Shown in pieces: positions 44,501-59,500 of a stretch of DNA of 64,000 nt (position 1 is the stretch's first letter; every line of letters begins with the position of its first letter). The position numbers and the translations under genes are program-made. Below the pieces are notes generated by a model. It was not told the DNA's origin. It worked only from the letters and a program-made list of their open reading frames with translations, and searched no databases. Where the stretch lies: the NCBI RefSeq assembly GCF_037042905.1, contig NC_087246.1:12090001-12154000 (forward strand), given 5' to 3'. This DNA is from Lytechinus pictus. Taxonomy: Eukaryota.

Positions 44501-47500
44501 ATATACTATGTACAGTATGACAGAAATTTTGATACCAATTGGGTTGCTGTATATTTTTTAAATATACATATATTATATTAAAGAAGGCCCCCACATTTAT
44601 GATTAACCTTCCATTCTTATGGTGACTGGTGCTAAATTGCCAAAGACTCATGGAGTCTAGATGGAGATTATTATTTTCATTTTTGAAATGCAGGATTGTC
44701 AATGATATCTGAACAAGTATAAAACTCAAATGTGAGTTGAGTCAAGCTCGTAAATCTGGCACTTTATTTTTATTTAGGCCTTCATGCAGAGGGAAGGTAA
44801 ATCGCACTAGGCTCAGTTGTGGACTCATCAGCCTAGGTACTAAAAGATAGTGCAATGTGATAATATTTACAACGCTTCATTTCTTTAATATTTCTTAAAA
44901 TTTATTTTTCCCTTTGATGTCTCCACCTGAGCTGTGAAGCTACATGTAATACTGATACATGTACATGTAGTGCATATGCATGTGAGAAATGAGCAAAGGC
45001 ATTTTGATTTTAGACACTGCTTTCGTTCAGTCTTGTCTGCCAAGTTTCAGCATTGTAGAGCTAGCCACCTGTCTGTATAGATTATACCACTGGGCCATTT
45101 CATGGCGAGTGGGTACATGATGTAGTGAAAGACATGCGGTTTGACTTTATATTAAGTTAAGAATTGTCAGGAGTCTTCAATTCAAGACCTAATGTTAAAG
45201 AAAATGTCTGTCCTAGGAGCTACATGTATATTTGGATTCTGCTTTGTATGAGTGAGATTTCCTTTGAAGTTTGTCTGTGTCATACAGATATTTTTTCTTT
45301 TGTAGCAATAATGTTTGATGTTAGTTTATGACATTGTAGGTACATGTAATGTAGATTAATATGCTTTTTAACTGAAAGATACAGACTGCTAACAATCTCC
45401 AATGTCAATTAAAATGTGCATCTATGACCATGGCCTTTGATGGCTTGTGATAGATTTGAGCATTGGGAATAACAATTTGTATTGAACCCAATTGAAATGT
45501 TTGAGGGTTATTTTGCAATTGACAAGGATTTTCTTTTATATCACCGGTATAAGGGTATAGTGAGTTACTTGTTTTCAAATGCAGAAAAGAATCATAACCT
45601 TTTTCATAAGGATCACTATGACTATCCATACACTGTGCCTACATGTACATGGAGCTCAGCATACTTCATGCATTGTAATTTTATTTTGATGTTCATTTCT
45701 TGACCTATCACTCATGGAACATTCTGCAATCCACAGGCATGCACTTATGTACACAACAGTAAATTTAGGCCTAAAGTGTACATGGATTGCTTCCCTGTGA
45801 TGAAATGTAAAGAGTGAACTCAAGTCCAATTATGTAGGGGAAATGGGTGTCAGCCTGGCTGACTAGTATTTTATCATTCCCTCCGAAAGTGGACAAACTG
45901 GGGTACATGTAGTTGGATTGATCAATGGGTAATGCTATGTATGTACGGTCAAAATTGAGCATTATTAAGAATCTTATCTCAAAATCAGTTGCTCTAGCTG
46001 CATTTACCCAAGAGTTACAGCAGGTACAGCATGAATCGTTATTAATATGCATCCATCTAAGATTGTTTTCAATTTATAATCAAACAAATTGTTTGTTAAT
46101 CGGCCCACTTTATATGTATTGCATAGGGTTTCATGAGTTCACAATTTTTTGAAATGGCCAGATCCTCCAGACAAGATAATGTTTGTTAGCTTGGTTGAAA
46201 GTTGTTGACATGAAGAAAAGAGAAGGCAAAATACATGTAATTGAGTACATGTACATACCTGTAGAAGTCTCATTTGATAAAGATAAATCCTTTGTATTTC
46301 ACCATTATGCATGTAAGTATGTAGTGTGTAATTTCTCTTTCAACAACTGAAAATAAATGACCAATGCACAGTGAAAATTTTATCAGAATTAACATGGTAC
46401 ATGTAGAAATAATACATGTATCACTTTAGCATGGTTATGGTATGAATTGTGTCTGACAAATTTTACACAGAAATTGAGCTCAGTTTGCCTGAAACTGTAC
46501 TAGCAGACACCTGCACACATGCTAGAAATGTTTGTACATGAATTATACAGGCCAAGAGACTAAACATTTACCAGGGAGGGATTCATTCTCAAACTGAGCA
46601 TCAAGTATACCGATTCATTGACAGCACTACTGTCACCACATAATGTCCTATGTGTTGAATTGACTCTGTCTTTAGAGTAGATTATCTTACTGTGAATTTG
46701 GGGTAAATCCAGGGCTCTATAGGGGGGGGGGGGGTTACAGTGTAATATTGGCACCATAAATTTTCAATATCTTTAATATATAAGGGCCCTTTTAACTTTT
46801 TTTTCTTTGGTGTTGTGTTTTTATGTTCCCCAGGTAGAAAATGTGATGGATTTTATATCCATACATTTATTTAAAGCATCCATCATTTTTAAAGTTCATT
46901 ACATCTGGCTTCTTCACTTGTATAAATATCTAGCCTTTAAGACGTACTTTTAGGCATACTCAGTAGTAATGTGCTTATACCAGTTTATGATATCATACGT
47001 AGATAAATGCAAACAAAACATGACAGTCATTAATTAAACATTAGGTCTATCATTACATGTAATTTGGTATTTGATGACTGAGCAATGCAGATAATCATAT
47101 ATGATGAGGCTTGTGAATCAATTGAAATATAGGTGAATGTTGTTGTTTCTTGTTCAATGATAGCAAATAGTATGGTGGGTACATGTACATGTAGTTTCAA
47201 AGATATTAAAGGCTCAAGTTAACGTTACAGACATGTAATTAAAAAAAAACAAAGGAGAGATCAAATATGTACATAGATGCCTTTCTATCAATCTAAAAAC
47301 TCTGAAACCAACAAAAAATCTAAAGAAATGCTTTTGATACCTTATAATAAAAGATTTTTTGTGTAATTTATATCGTACCGATAATAATAGAACACATAAG
47401 TGTATGTGATGAAATTAAGATGGTGTTTCCGGTCACTTTATGTTTCACTTTTTTTGAAGCACTAAATGATTATTTTCGGACACAATTTTTTTCTGAGCTT

Positions 47501-50500
47501 CATTGTTGTAACATATCACAGTCAGACACAGGTGAAAAGTGGGACCTTTAAATACATAAAAAATTGATGCATTCCACCTGTTCGGGGGGGGGGGGGTGAT
47601 CCAAAGGACCTGTTTTATCCTTCCCTATTTTGCTGGTAAGTACTCTTCACTATTGAAATCAACAGTAGACCTACATGTACATGTATTCCCTTATGTACAT
47701 ATATAGGCAATAAAGATTAAAATATAAAGTTTAGCCATGTTTAACAGGCATTAGCATGTATTTACAACAGTGTTATGTACAGTATATCAGCTTGAGTGAT
47801 AAAAGTGCATACTAAAATTTGAATGAGTGTCATGCAATATGTCTAGTTGTGTGCCACAACTTTGAATCTCACTGCAAGATAATACCCAGCTTACCAGCGA
47901 TGTACATCATGCTGAACAACTTGGAGGCTCGTCATCATACTGGATGTATGAATGGGTAGTCAGCAACATTTCCCTTGGAGAAGGGATGTCTATCGGTCTT
48001 AATCAACAATCTATTCCTCCTGCCAGCTCAAAATTCTTTTTATATTAGAAATGGAAAAGGATTATTTTGACTGTAGTAATTGAGGCTTTAAACCGTCAGT
48101 GACTCAGCGAACGATATAAGTTGCACTGGGAAAAGGATCTACATGTATGTGGCTTTGAGAGGAAGTTCTGCTGTTAGTAGACTGACTCCAGTCTTCTTTT
48201 GCTACTTGAAGCACCAGAGTTTTAAAGAATTGATGGGTATGTGGTTGACAGGGGAGAGGGGAGTTTTTCCCCCTTCATCTTCTTCTTCAGGGCTAGGATA
48301 GAAAGTGCAGATCCATTGATGAATTCAATGAGTTTGAGGATAATTACTTGTCTGTTTTTAATGATTTTCTTATTCAAACTTGTTATGTTTTCTCTGAGGC
48401 TACCATACTTCTGTAATTGTATTTGAATCTTTTGAATTGTTGGTTATTTTACCAGAGCCCAGGGTGCTACATAACTTTTAGAAGCACTTGCCCTGTTGGG
48501 CAAGTAAATTTTTAAATAGTTGGAGTATACTTGCCCAAAGAAATCCTTGAAAGAAAAAAGTGTTACCTCTTCAAAAGAAAGTATTGCGGTTTTATAAACC
48601 ATTGACCTTTTTTTCTCTTTTGACATGAACTGATGTACCCTGTTATTGCATTTCTTTTTCCATAGTGATTTTAATACCCGTCATGATCAAATTTAGGGTC
48701 AATAAATCGTATCGACCCTTAGTTTGGTCATTCTACTCTGAGAATTTTGCTTGCCCAATTCAGGCAAGTGGTGTTGGTCTTCACTTCAAAACACTTGCCT
48801 GACTCTTAACTTTTACTTGCCCCGGGCAATCAGGCAAGTGCTTATGTAGCACCCTGCATAGCCAAATGATTATTAATATAACAATTATTTCCCCAAAAGC
48901 AAGGAAAGGAGGAAAAATTTGAAAGTAATTAATCTGTGTTTCTGGAATGAAAAATGTAGTGTAGGGTGGCATGATTTTGTATTGCATTCAGATCAGGGGA
49001 GCGTTTCATGAAAGGACTTGTCAACGTTTTATCCGACAAGTCCCATTTTATCCGACAGTTACCATAGTAAAAGTACCTCTCAGCCAATCAACATCAGAGA
49101 AAGATGTCAGATCTGACAACTTGTCGGATGAAAATGTTATTGAAACACTCCGCAGAACTCAAAAAAATCTTGTCAGTTTTTGTCTCACCTGCATATCAGA
49201 GTAAGACTAGGTGCCGCATTCCGACGGCGGCAGCATCAATATAATTAAAAAGTATATGGACCTAGTTCATGAAACTTGGACACAAGGGTGATCAAATATT
49301 ACTGAACATCTTACCCGAGTTTCAAGTCACATGACTAAGGTCAAAGGTCATTTAGGGTCAAAGAACTTTGGCTAAGTTGGGGTATTTGCTGAATTATCAT
49401 CATAACTTTGAAAGTTTATGGATCTGATTCATAAAACTTGGACCTAAGAGTAATCAAGTATCACTAAACATCTTGTGCGAGTTTCAGGTCACATGACCAA
49501 GGTCAAAGGTCATTAAGGTCAATGAACTTTGGCCATGTTGGAGGTAATTATTAAATTGCTGTCATAACTTTCAAAGTTTATGGATATAGTTTATGAATTG
49601 TGGACATAGGGGTAATCAAGTATCACTGACAAGTCTTAGGTCACATGGTCAAGGTCAAATGTCATTTAGGGTCAATGAATGTAGTATTGTGTCAACATCA
49701 AAACTTAACCGAAGGTTAAGTTTATTGAATGACAGCATAACTTAGAAAGTATATGGACCTAGTTCATGAAACCTGGACATAAGGTTAATCAAGTATTACT
49801 AAATATCCTGTCCGAGTTTCAGGTCACATGACTAAAGTCAAAGGTCATTTAGGGTCAATAAACTAAGACCATGTTGGGGGAGTCAAAATCTATAAGGTTA
49901 AGTTTTTGAAATGTCATCATAACTTAAAAAGTATATGAACTTAGTTCATGAAACCTGGACATATGGGTAATCAAGTATTACTGAACATCCTGTGCGAGTT
50001 TCAGGTCATATGACCAGGTCAAAGGTCATTTAGGGTCAATGAACTTTGGCCAAGTTGGGGGTATTTGTTGAATTACCATCATAACTTTGAAAGTTTATGG
50101 ATCTGATTCATAGCACTTACACGTAAGAGTAATCAAGTATCATTATACATTCTGTGCAAGTTTCAGGTAAACATGACCAAGGTCAAAGGCCATTTAAGGT
50201 CAATGAACTTTGGCCATGTTGGAGGTAATTATTAAATTGCTGTCATAACTTTCAAAGTTTATGGATATAGTTTATGAATTGTGGACATAAGGGATAATCA
50301 AGTATCACTGACAAGTCTTAGGTCACATGATCAAGGTCAAATGCCATTTAGGGTCAATGATCCTAGTATTGTATCATTATATGAACTATGTTTTTTGTGA
50401 ATAATTATTTATAGTAGTTTTCAAAGTCAGCATAGCTGCTATATTGAATCGTGTAATGCAAGTGAGACTGCCAGAGTCGCTCCACTTGTCTCTGATTTGA

Positions 50501-53500
50501 AACTGCAAATCTAGTGCTTAATCATATTTTGCTGTAAAATGATTCTGCAATAAAATTATTCATTCTCTCTTTTTGTTGGTGGTCACCTTTGTCAAGTGAT
50601 GTTCCCCTTTAACACATTTATTTGCATTTGTTTATCTACTGGACAAAAACACTTTAATGGTCTGCATTTGTACCTTTATTAACAATGATGTACATGTATA
50701 CTAGTCAGTAGTTATGTACAATGTACATGTATTTTACCTTGTTTTGATGTAGATAATTTTGAAGAGTGTCCTGACTTTTCTTGATGACAATAACACAGAA
50801 AACATTGAACATGAATCATACTGTACATGCACTGTATGTACCAAACTTGCACAATGTAATGCAGCATTGGTCTATTGTGCAGTTTTGAGCTGAGTACATT
50901 TTCAGTGGATATTACAGAAGGTCATTTGGAGCTTTAGCAGGGTCAATGATATTGTTAGCCTTGTACAACCAGTCTTTCGGTCAGATTCTATTTCATATAG
51001 TCATATTTCATATATTTCATATATATTTCATGCATGTTTCATGAACATTTATCCTCAAAGTTTGCTGAATTGTTGTTTACCAGACTTTATAAAAAACATT
51101 TACATATACAGAATACAATAGGCAAAAGATGAAAGACAGACGTGGAATACTTTTTATAGACCTAAAGAAGTCCTCTTTGCTGTTATGATGTCTGTAGGGC
51201 CTATACTTTTACACGATCTCCTCTGAGGCAATCAAACTTAGTTTATTATTATTCCATTTGGGGGGAAATTGCATAAATTTTTGTTTCACATACATGTAAT
51301 CTGTTGAAGTCCTATTCAAGCGCCAGCTTTTACTTTCTCACTTGAAGCAAAGTCCCTTCACTCTCCTAAATATTTTTGTAATATGAGCATTGAGCAGCTA
51401 TATTTAATAAACTATTTCATACAGAAGTATTTGGATGTTGACAATTATATTATTAATTTACATTTATTTTCTGCTCTATGAAGTGTTGAACAGTCTTCAA
51501 AATGTATTGAATATTGCTCTTACAATGTTTGATCATTTTCTTTTCTATAAATTGAACTTAAAACTATATGATTTTGAAAAAAAAGAAGTCTTCCTCTTGA
51601 CATTAATGTAGAGAGTTTGACATAATGCATGCATTATTATGGTACTCTGAAAGCCAGTACTTCATGCAAGGCCTTGTGATCAGTTCTTGTATTATGAAGG
51701 TTTTTTTCTTTTTGCACAACAGTTTATCCTTGTACCCCATTTGTGAAAGTGAATTTTAAATGAACATAACAGGACTTGCATTGCCATTGAATTATTTATA
51801 TTTAATTTTCATATCCTGGAAAATCAGTGTTTTATTAAACCTGTGTAATTATAGATTTACTTGAAGAGGATCTTGGAAATCTGTACAAATCACATTAATG
51901 GTGAATTTGTTACATTTGCTAACTAATAGGTAAGGATTCTCTCTCCATTTCTCTTCCTACAGTAACCCTCCTATATCAGAAGAGGATCTACCCTCAGGAG
52001 AATGGTTGTGTCACAGATGCACAGTAGCACCGCAGGTAAGATTGAATATCATGGAACAAACCATTTTGCATTTATGGGGGTGTGGTATGCTGGGAGCTGA
52101 GTTGAGATAGGAAGCTTTCCTTGAAGCATCTTGTCATTTTTCAGTGACAAATTTTCTCTCACCCTATCAGATTTGAAAATGTTAAAAGCTAAATTTGTTA
52201 GTGTACATGTAAATCAGTGAAAAATTTTATGAAAAACTTGTCTTGGCATGACCATTTATCATTGCATGACATATGTGCATTCAATTATGTTAAACTCCTT
52301 TGGATGCCATGGTGAAAAGTAGAGGTTTCCTCCCAAAGGTTAAAGCTTGTGTTTCTCAGTACAGTTACAGTACACATTCTCCTATATTCCCTTTATAATC
52401 TAATAGTTACAATGGAGAAATATAGATCATTTGAATTAGGGCAGTACTATATCTCTGCTACGTTCATCCATTTCTATTTGATGGTGAACTCAACCTAGAT
52501 ACAGTAAAGGGAAATCAATTACTTTTTCTGGTCTACTATAGTAGTAATTGTAGCAAACTATGCAATGTGAATTACATGAAACAGATCCTTAGGTGGACAT
52601 ATGATTGTGATAAATTATGCATTCACTGTTGACAAAGCAAGAAATGTCAAAGATCATTCTGTCTTACTATTTTTCAATTTGGTCTCTTGTTTCACTGGAA
52701 ATTCTCTACAAATTTCTGATGAATAATGAAATAGTGTAAATATCAGGCATTCTGAGCGGCTTTCATACAGACTCATCAGAAAAGGAAGTTTTTACTCTGC
52801 TACAGGTTAACCTACTTTTAATATTAGATGTTTGAACAAACATTTCATTGTTAACCCATAATTTTTGTGGGATTTCATTTCGAGGTTTTGTATTTGTGAT
52901 GTCCTTTGTGAGCTGCTCTCTTTTTATGGCACATACATGAAATTGTTTTTTTTAATGATTTATTTTCGCAAATACATTTAGACTTGCAAGTCCAGGTAGT
53001 TGATAGCTACATGTACTCATTCCAATCATTTGAAGGACATGGAATATATAATGTTTGTATAGATTTCTGTTAGAATAGATTAACTGACATTAAAATTGTC
53101 AAGTATTTGTTACAAAGACGGTTACTCAACGAAAGTGACCATGATCCTATATGTAGTACTTGTATATGAACCTATCCCTTCAGGGTAAGGGGACAGGGAA
53201 ATATTGAGCCTTATTTGGAGACTATCCATGGGGTATTGAAACTCGTACCTTTTAGAAATTAAAGGTCAATAGAATCAAAAGAACTTGCCTCTAGAATAGG
53301 TGACCTTTTCATGAATTTTTTTTTTTTAATTTAACATATGGCTTCATTCTTTTTTTTCTCTCTCTCTCTGCACCCCTCTCTCTTTGAAATTAATTATGTA
53401 TTGTCAACTACCATAGCACAATGCAACTTTTAGGGAATAGGTGCAGAAGATTATTACACGTTTATCTATATTCTGGAGCCTCAAGATTGAACCTTTATTT

Positions 53501-56500
53501 TCAGCTCAGTCTTAACTTTAGCTCAATGTTAACTGTAACCTTAATTCTAATCTTGTTCTTACCCTACTCCTAATGCTTGCTTCTGGTACCAAGTATACTT
53601 GTCAATGTGGTGACTGCCATAATAGCTACTTAAAGGTTTTCTCAGGTACATCATTGAGTTGACTTCATTGCTTTCTTCCTTTTACCATGAAGCCATTGAA
53701 CACTGAGGTCACACTCTCTGACACTATCAAGTCTATTGAGAAGGCGCAACGCTCTGAGAGAGAGAAGAAGCAGAAGGAGGTTGCTGCTGCTGCCAAGGAG
53801 AAGGAGAGAGCTGCCTCCACCTCCCTCCGGCTGAATGATCGACTGAACGACAGACTCATGAGAGAAGGAAGGGCATGTTTGCGGCTGGCTCAGATCCAGG
53901 CCTACAAGTAAGCCTTCATTACCATAATTCACAAATGAGTTTTAGCCTACGAAACCCTCTCCTTGTTTTATCCGAGCATAGTGTGAATTGCCCATGTGCG
54001 CACATACATGAAATATCTGATTGGATCATATGCAGTGTGTGAGTATGCATACAAAACTGAAGTTGGGGTATGAACCTCCTTTGTGAATTTTGGTCAGAAG
54101 AGAATTGGATGAAAATTTGTATGTCCTAGTTTCATTTGTAAATGGTCATATCCATTAATTTCCTTATTCCTTGAAGTAAGGCATCCACAAAATCGCCCTT
54201 TTGTTGAATTTAATTATAAGATTGGGTAAAGGATAAATGAATAAGATTAAAAATTATAATTCAATATCACAAAGCCAACAGTCCTGTATGGAATTCTGTA
54301 ATGCAGGCAAGACTCCCAGAGGCGTTGCTTTTTTTAATATATTTATTTTCATTATTACATTTTTCTATTCCATAACTCTTTTTAAAAAAGATCAAATTAA
54401 CCGGTAATTATTTTCAGTCCGTAATTTGTAGTGAGAACATATTTCTTTATGTGAAAGATGGATAATTTGAGGCTGCATTGTATTTCCAGTAAATCCAGTC
54501 AACTTAATGGCAACCCCCAGTGCTCCAATCTATTTTGAATTATCATTTTGTCAAAAGGTAGAATTCATTCTCTGATATATGATTTACTCTTTCTCCAGGG
54601 AGGCACAGATAGAGGCTGGGATAATACCAAAGGAAATGCCAGAAGAGGGAGATACCAATCGGACGGAGGGAACAGAAGAAGAAAAGATGGATGTTGACAA
54701 GGCAAAGGATTTAGTGGAGGTGGCTGAAGAAAAGAAAGACAAGGAGGAAGAGGAGGTTTATGTCAGGTTTGAGAATCCTCTAAGCTACCTCATCAAAGCT
54801 GTAGCCATTCAGAATCCGAAGCAGTTCTCTCTCCCTCCAGAGATGATGCAACATGCACCCCTACCAGGTAATTTGGGATGGCCCCTCTGTCATTTCATAT
54901 TGTACAATACATTGAATGTGAGATTGTCTAAAGATTAATAAAAAACAAAACAGTATTCAAATCAAAACCTAGTTTCCTTTTTTAGAGGGAGGGGGGGGGG
55001 GAATAAAAAAAGCCCATCTATAGCTACTGATAATGTCTGAAAATTCAGGAGCCCTTTAAAAAATCCATTATTTGTCCTTATTCCTAGGCTTTACAAGTTG
55101 CAAGTTCCTGAGAGAAATACTGTAATTAATGTGCAAATTTTCTTTTGTAAAACTATATCACATACAGTGTATTCTCAGCTCTCCTTGTCATGATTTTATT
55201 TCTTTTTATGCTCAGGGACAACTAAGAAGAAGAAAAAAGAGGAACTATCCAAGAACTACAAGAAGCCTCATGAGCTAGATAATATGATGATCCCCCTACC
55301 TGCTAAAGTCTGCTTCACATGTAACAAGTAAGTTCTACTTGGTAAAAGCAGCAAAAATTGTATTGGTCTTTTTTTTAATTTACAGTGAGTGGTATAATTA
55401 TGACGGATGTGGCCTATTCTTAATTTCATGTCAATTTTAGCTTTTCATATGCCATCTGTTTAAACATCTGGATTTAAATTGATTTAATTTTGAGATCTGA
55501 ACATAAATCTTACCATAAAATCTTTCTTTTATTTAATATCCCTACCAGAGGCAATATATGCAAATGGTAACTGAAATGTCTTGCTTTACTTTTTCTTTTC
55601 TACTCTTTTTTCTATTCTCTCTCTCTTACACCCTCACTCTCTTGGCGCACACACTCTTTCTGTCTTTCTCTCTGTATCTCTTCACTACTCTGCCTGTCTC
55701 TGTCATTGTTAACTCTACACGATATTCTTAATATTTCATCTTAGACTTCCAAAGTAGTTTTGTTCTTAACAGAATCAAGTTTTGTGTGCAATGCAAAGTT
55801 GGCATTTATTCAGATAAAGACTTGCTGGTTTACTGCTTTGGGAGAGTTACATGTAAATGAAAACAAACAAATCATTTCCTGAATACCAGGTCATGGAAGT
55901 AGGGTTGTTCAAAGCAGTTCACACTCATGCAAAATTACGGTTCAGATGATGGTCATGATGAGTGTAAACATTGTATGCTTTGAAAAATAACCAATGTTGG
56001 CTCTTAGATACCTTATAACCGAAACATCATTTTGTCTCATCAATGAAGTGCTCACAAACCAACACTTAAAACTTTTTTTTTTTGGTACTTACATGTATTC
56101 TAATCTTGCTTGTGTTTTATGTAATGTGTGCTAGAGATCATGCCATGGCAGTTTACTTCTCACATGTACATTCTATGTACTTGATTCAAAATTCAAAATT
56201 AGTGTTTGTTTAAATGTACCTTGGTAATTTTGGGGAAAATGCTGATGAGCCGACCCTGGCTTGGCTTCTTTGGAAATAAATTTTCTACATGTATCATGAA
56301 AACATAAAAGAATTTATATTGTAATATTTGTGTAAGAATTCATAAACTGAGTATTTGTGTTAGTTTGAATAAAAGTAAGCTGTGGTTTGCCCAAAGCAGG
56401 AAGGATGTACATGCTTGTCTAACTTTTTCAGTGTCATGCAAGAAAGTCCCTATTACTATGTACTATCAAAATCAGTTGAGACCTTCTAATGGGAACCGTA

Positions 56501-59500
56501 CCACTTGTCAGATGAAATAACAACCTGACTACTCTATTACTGGAAAAGATTTACATGTACTTTTACTGACTTTGTTGAAGCTTGTTGTGAATATGTATGA
56601 TTAGATTGCCATTTTATGCCATCCTTGTACCAAAAAAAAAATGATTAAGGCACATGAAACCTAGCATTCCATAGAAGTATGCTCTACATTTTCACTTTAA
56701 TCTGGACCTACATCTGGATTCACTCATCAGAATACCACCTTTATTTGTTTCATTAACTCATAATCCTATTGAAATGACAACTCTGTATATTCTTTATTTA
56801 ATGATTTTGTTGTTGGATGCCTGTAAGAGTGTATGAAAACGTTTATTTCCTATGACTGTATGATATTTCTACATCAATTTCTTTCAAGATGACATTGATA
56901 CATTCATTTAGTGCAGAATTTTTCACTCAATCATTTTGTCTATTATTTATTTGTACTTCAGAACATGTCGTGTAGCACCCCTTCTCCAATGTGACTACTG
57001 CCCTCTGCTGTTCCATAGAGACTGCCTGAATCCCCCTATTACATCCTTACCTACTGGCAGGTGGATGTGCCCCAATCATCCAGAATATGCATTGGTAAGT
57101 AATAGAGATGAGATACATTGAGGGGTTCCTGGTAGGGTGTTTGTGTAGTGCTGATTTTGACACCAGTCACAGCACTGTCAATAACATGAAGCTGGTGCCT
57201 GGAAGTGACTGCATGAGGTGTTAAGCTGTGATTAGTATGATTTTTTTTGTTAACCCAAATCCACCGTGGAGCTAGGTTAGGCAAACTGATTCATAATCTT
57301 GACACCAACGTATAACGTGAAGCCCTTTCACTGAATCACAATGTGTTGGGCTATCAATAATGTGATTAGTATCATTTTGATATCCACATTCGATGTTGAA
57401 GTTAGGTTAGGCATTTTTTTAATTGCTCTCAATATCAACACTATACCAAATTTGAAATCATCCATTGTGTTGAGTGTTGATTTTTACGCTTAGCTGAGCG
57501 TTGGGAGAAACTACAATGAACAGTTTAAGTAGTTATTATAAGGTTTCAAAAAGAAGTTTGGACATGCCTTTGATGATGCTTTAATATTGTATCTATCATG
57601 CAAAAATATGTTATTCTTGTTCTTAGTGTAGTGTTAAATAAATTATATTTCTAGTATTGAATTTGATGAATATTAGTCATTCATGACGTCTCTATGGAAG
57701 AAAGCAATGATAATAATTGTTAATTTACTTATCACAACTTGCATTCACATAGATTTTTGTAGTTGCTTCACAAAACATTCCTGGTCCGTATAATCCTTGT
57801 TTTTGCTTTGAATACCATGATAATTTCGGAAATTGTGTCAATGTTATATCTGTTAAAGAATTAACGGTATGATTTTAAAAACCTATGATCTTACAGCCAG
57901 CATTCTACATGTAGATTGCAGGTGATACATACAGTGGTTCTAAAAAGTTAGTGAACCCCTCCAGAAAATAAACATATTTTAAAGTGTTCAAATTCTGCCA
58001 TCTTTTAGATATTTAATTGTGAAGTCAGGTGATGTAGTTTGTTTCTCTGGGCTCGCCGAATGTTGTAGCATTGTTGTCTACGTTCAACACTCAGCACAAA
58101 GGAATGCATTTTCTGGTGGGGTTCACTAACTTTTTAGCACCACTGTACATTATACAAAATGTTTAATACACTGCTTAACATTGTTATAATCCCTCTGTTT
58201 ATTGTTTACCCTGTCAACATTATGCAAATATAAAATTGCATGTGAAGGAAAACAAGAAATTGATAGTCTTAATGACCTTGACCTTACAGCCAGAATTCCA
58301 GAATGGCGGTCACACAGAACGAGTGAAGATCTTCAACCAATTCCAGGGCAAGGTAGACCAGCAAGCTGTCAAACTCCAGTTCATCAACAAAATCCATAGA
58401 TCTGGACCTCCATGGAAAGAGAAATGTAAATGGCGCAAGACAATCAAGGTGAGGCATCACTGCCACTCGTATTGATATTTAGATACCATCCTGGACTAGA
58501 GATCCCCAAATACATTAAATGGGAGAAGGGTGTGGCAGTCTACAGTGACATGAATTACACTTATCTTCATAATAGACATGGGCATGGCAAGCTAAATTAT
58601 ATTCAGATCATCCTCAAACTTCAATTAAGCATGGCATGACAAAGGTTAGCTAATTAAGTTTAGTTATCAGAATAGTTTTCAGACATATCGCCTTGATCTT
58701 CATCAACTAATGCTTTTTATATGAGAGATTACCTTTGGTAACAACTAAAACTCTTCCATTTCCTACCAGGTACCTGGAGCCATCAAGAATCAATATGCAC
58801 TGCCTCCTCCATTACTCCCCCTCTGCCATGAGCGCCCCCCTCCTATGATAGGCCCAGTGGATGAAGTCAAGAAACCTGGTCCTCTAACTCAGCAGGAAGA
58901 ACAAGAAGAGGTCTGTATTTGTCTTCTTTCTTTTAAAATCACTCATTTTGAAATAGTAAGTTGTTTAGTAACTTGGTAGTTTTCTTTTCTTTCAAGAGGG
59001 AATGGGTGGCCCATAACACAAAGGGTTTTGTGATGGATTGCAAATCTGAAAGAACAGTTCTTGTTCCTGCTCAGTATTTCTAACAAAACAATAAGTAAGA
59101 GCCAATAAGAATGGTTCTTTCAATCAGTCAAACCTGCATTGGCTACCACCTGTATAAAAGGACCACTTGTTTATAAAGACCATAAATTTTGTTTCCTTTA
59201 ATTTTCCTTTTAAAACATGTATTGAAGGAACCTGTGTCCAAAGAGCATGTGCTCATAAAGACCACTTTTCTTGTCTCTTTTGGCATCATTAAAAATGTTG
59301 ATCTGACTTGGACCCCATTTACACATGGGCTGGTTTCATGGAGTCGGCCTCACGCTGGCGTCATGCCGTTTTAAAAAAAAAACGAAGTGTGTTTAGTTTA
59401 CATATAGCAGAAAAGGGGGCTTGACAACCTCCCGTTTACACATGGTAAGGCGGCCAGCAGCAGGGCCACTTGAAAGAGCGCAATACCGAGGTCAATGCAA

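Noticed and set aside
44085-48310. Possible antisense spliced gene in PHF12 intron 2 (minus-strand donor near 47894, acceptor near 44235)
   Set aside because: No sustained ORF or recognisable homology; isolated splice-like signals are expected by chance.
58262-58289. U12-like branch sequence (ccttgac) and weak pyrimidine tract before PHF12 exon 8
   Set aside because: The matching donor is a canonical U2 GTAAGT, and tgaccttgacc is a common motif in local repeats.
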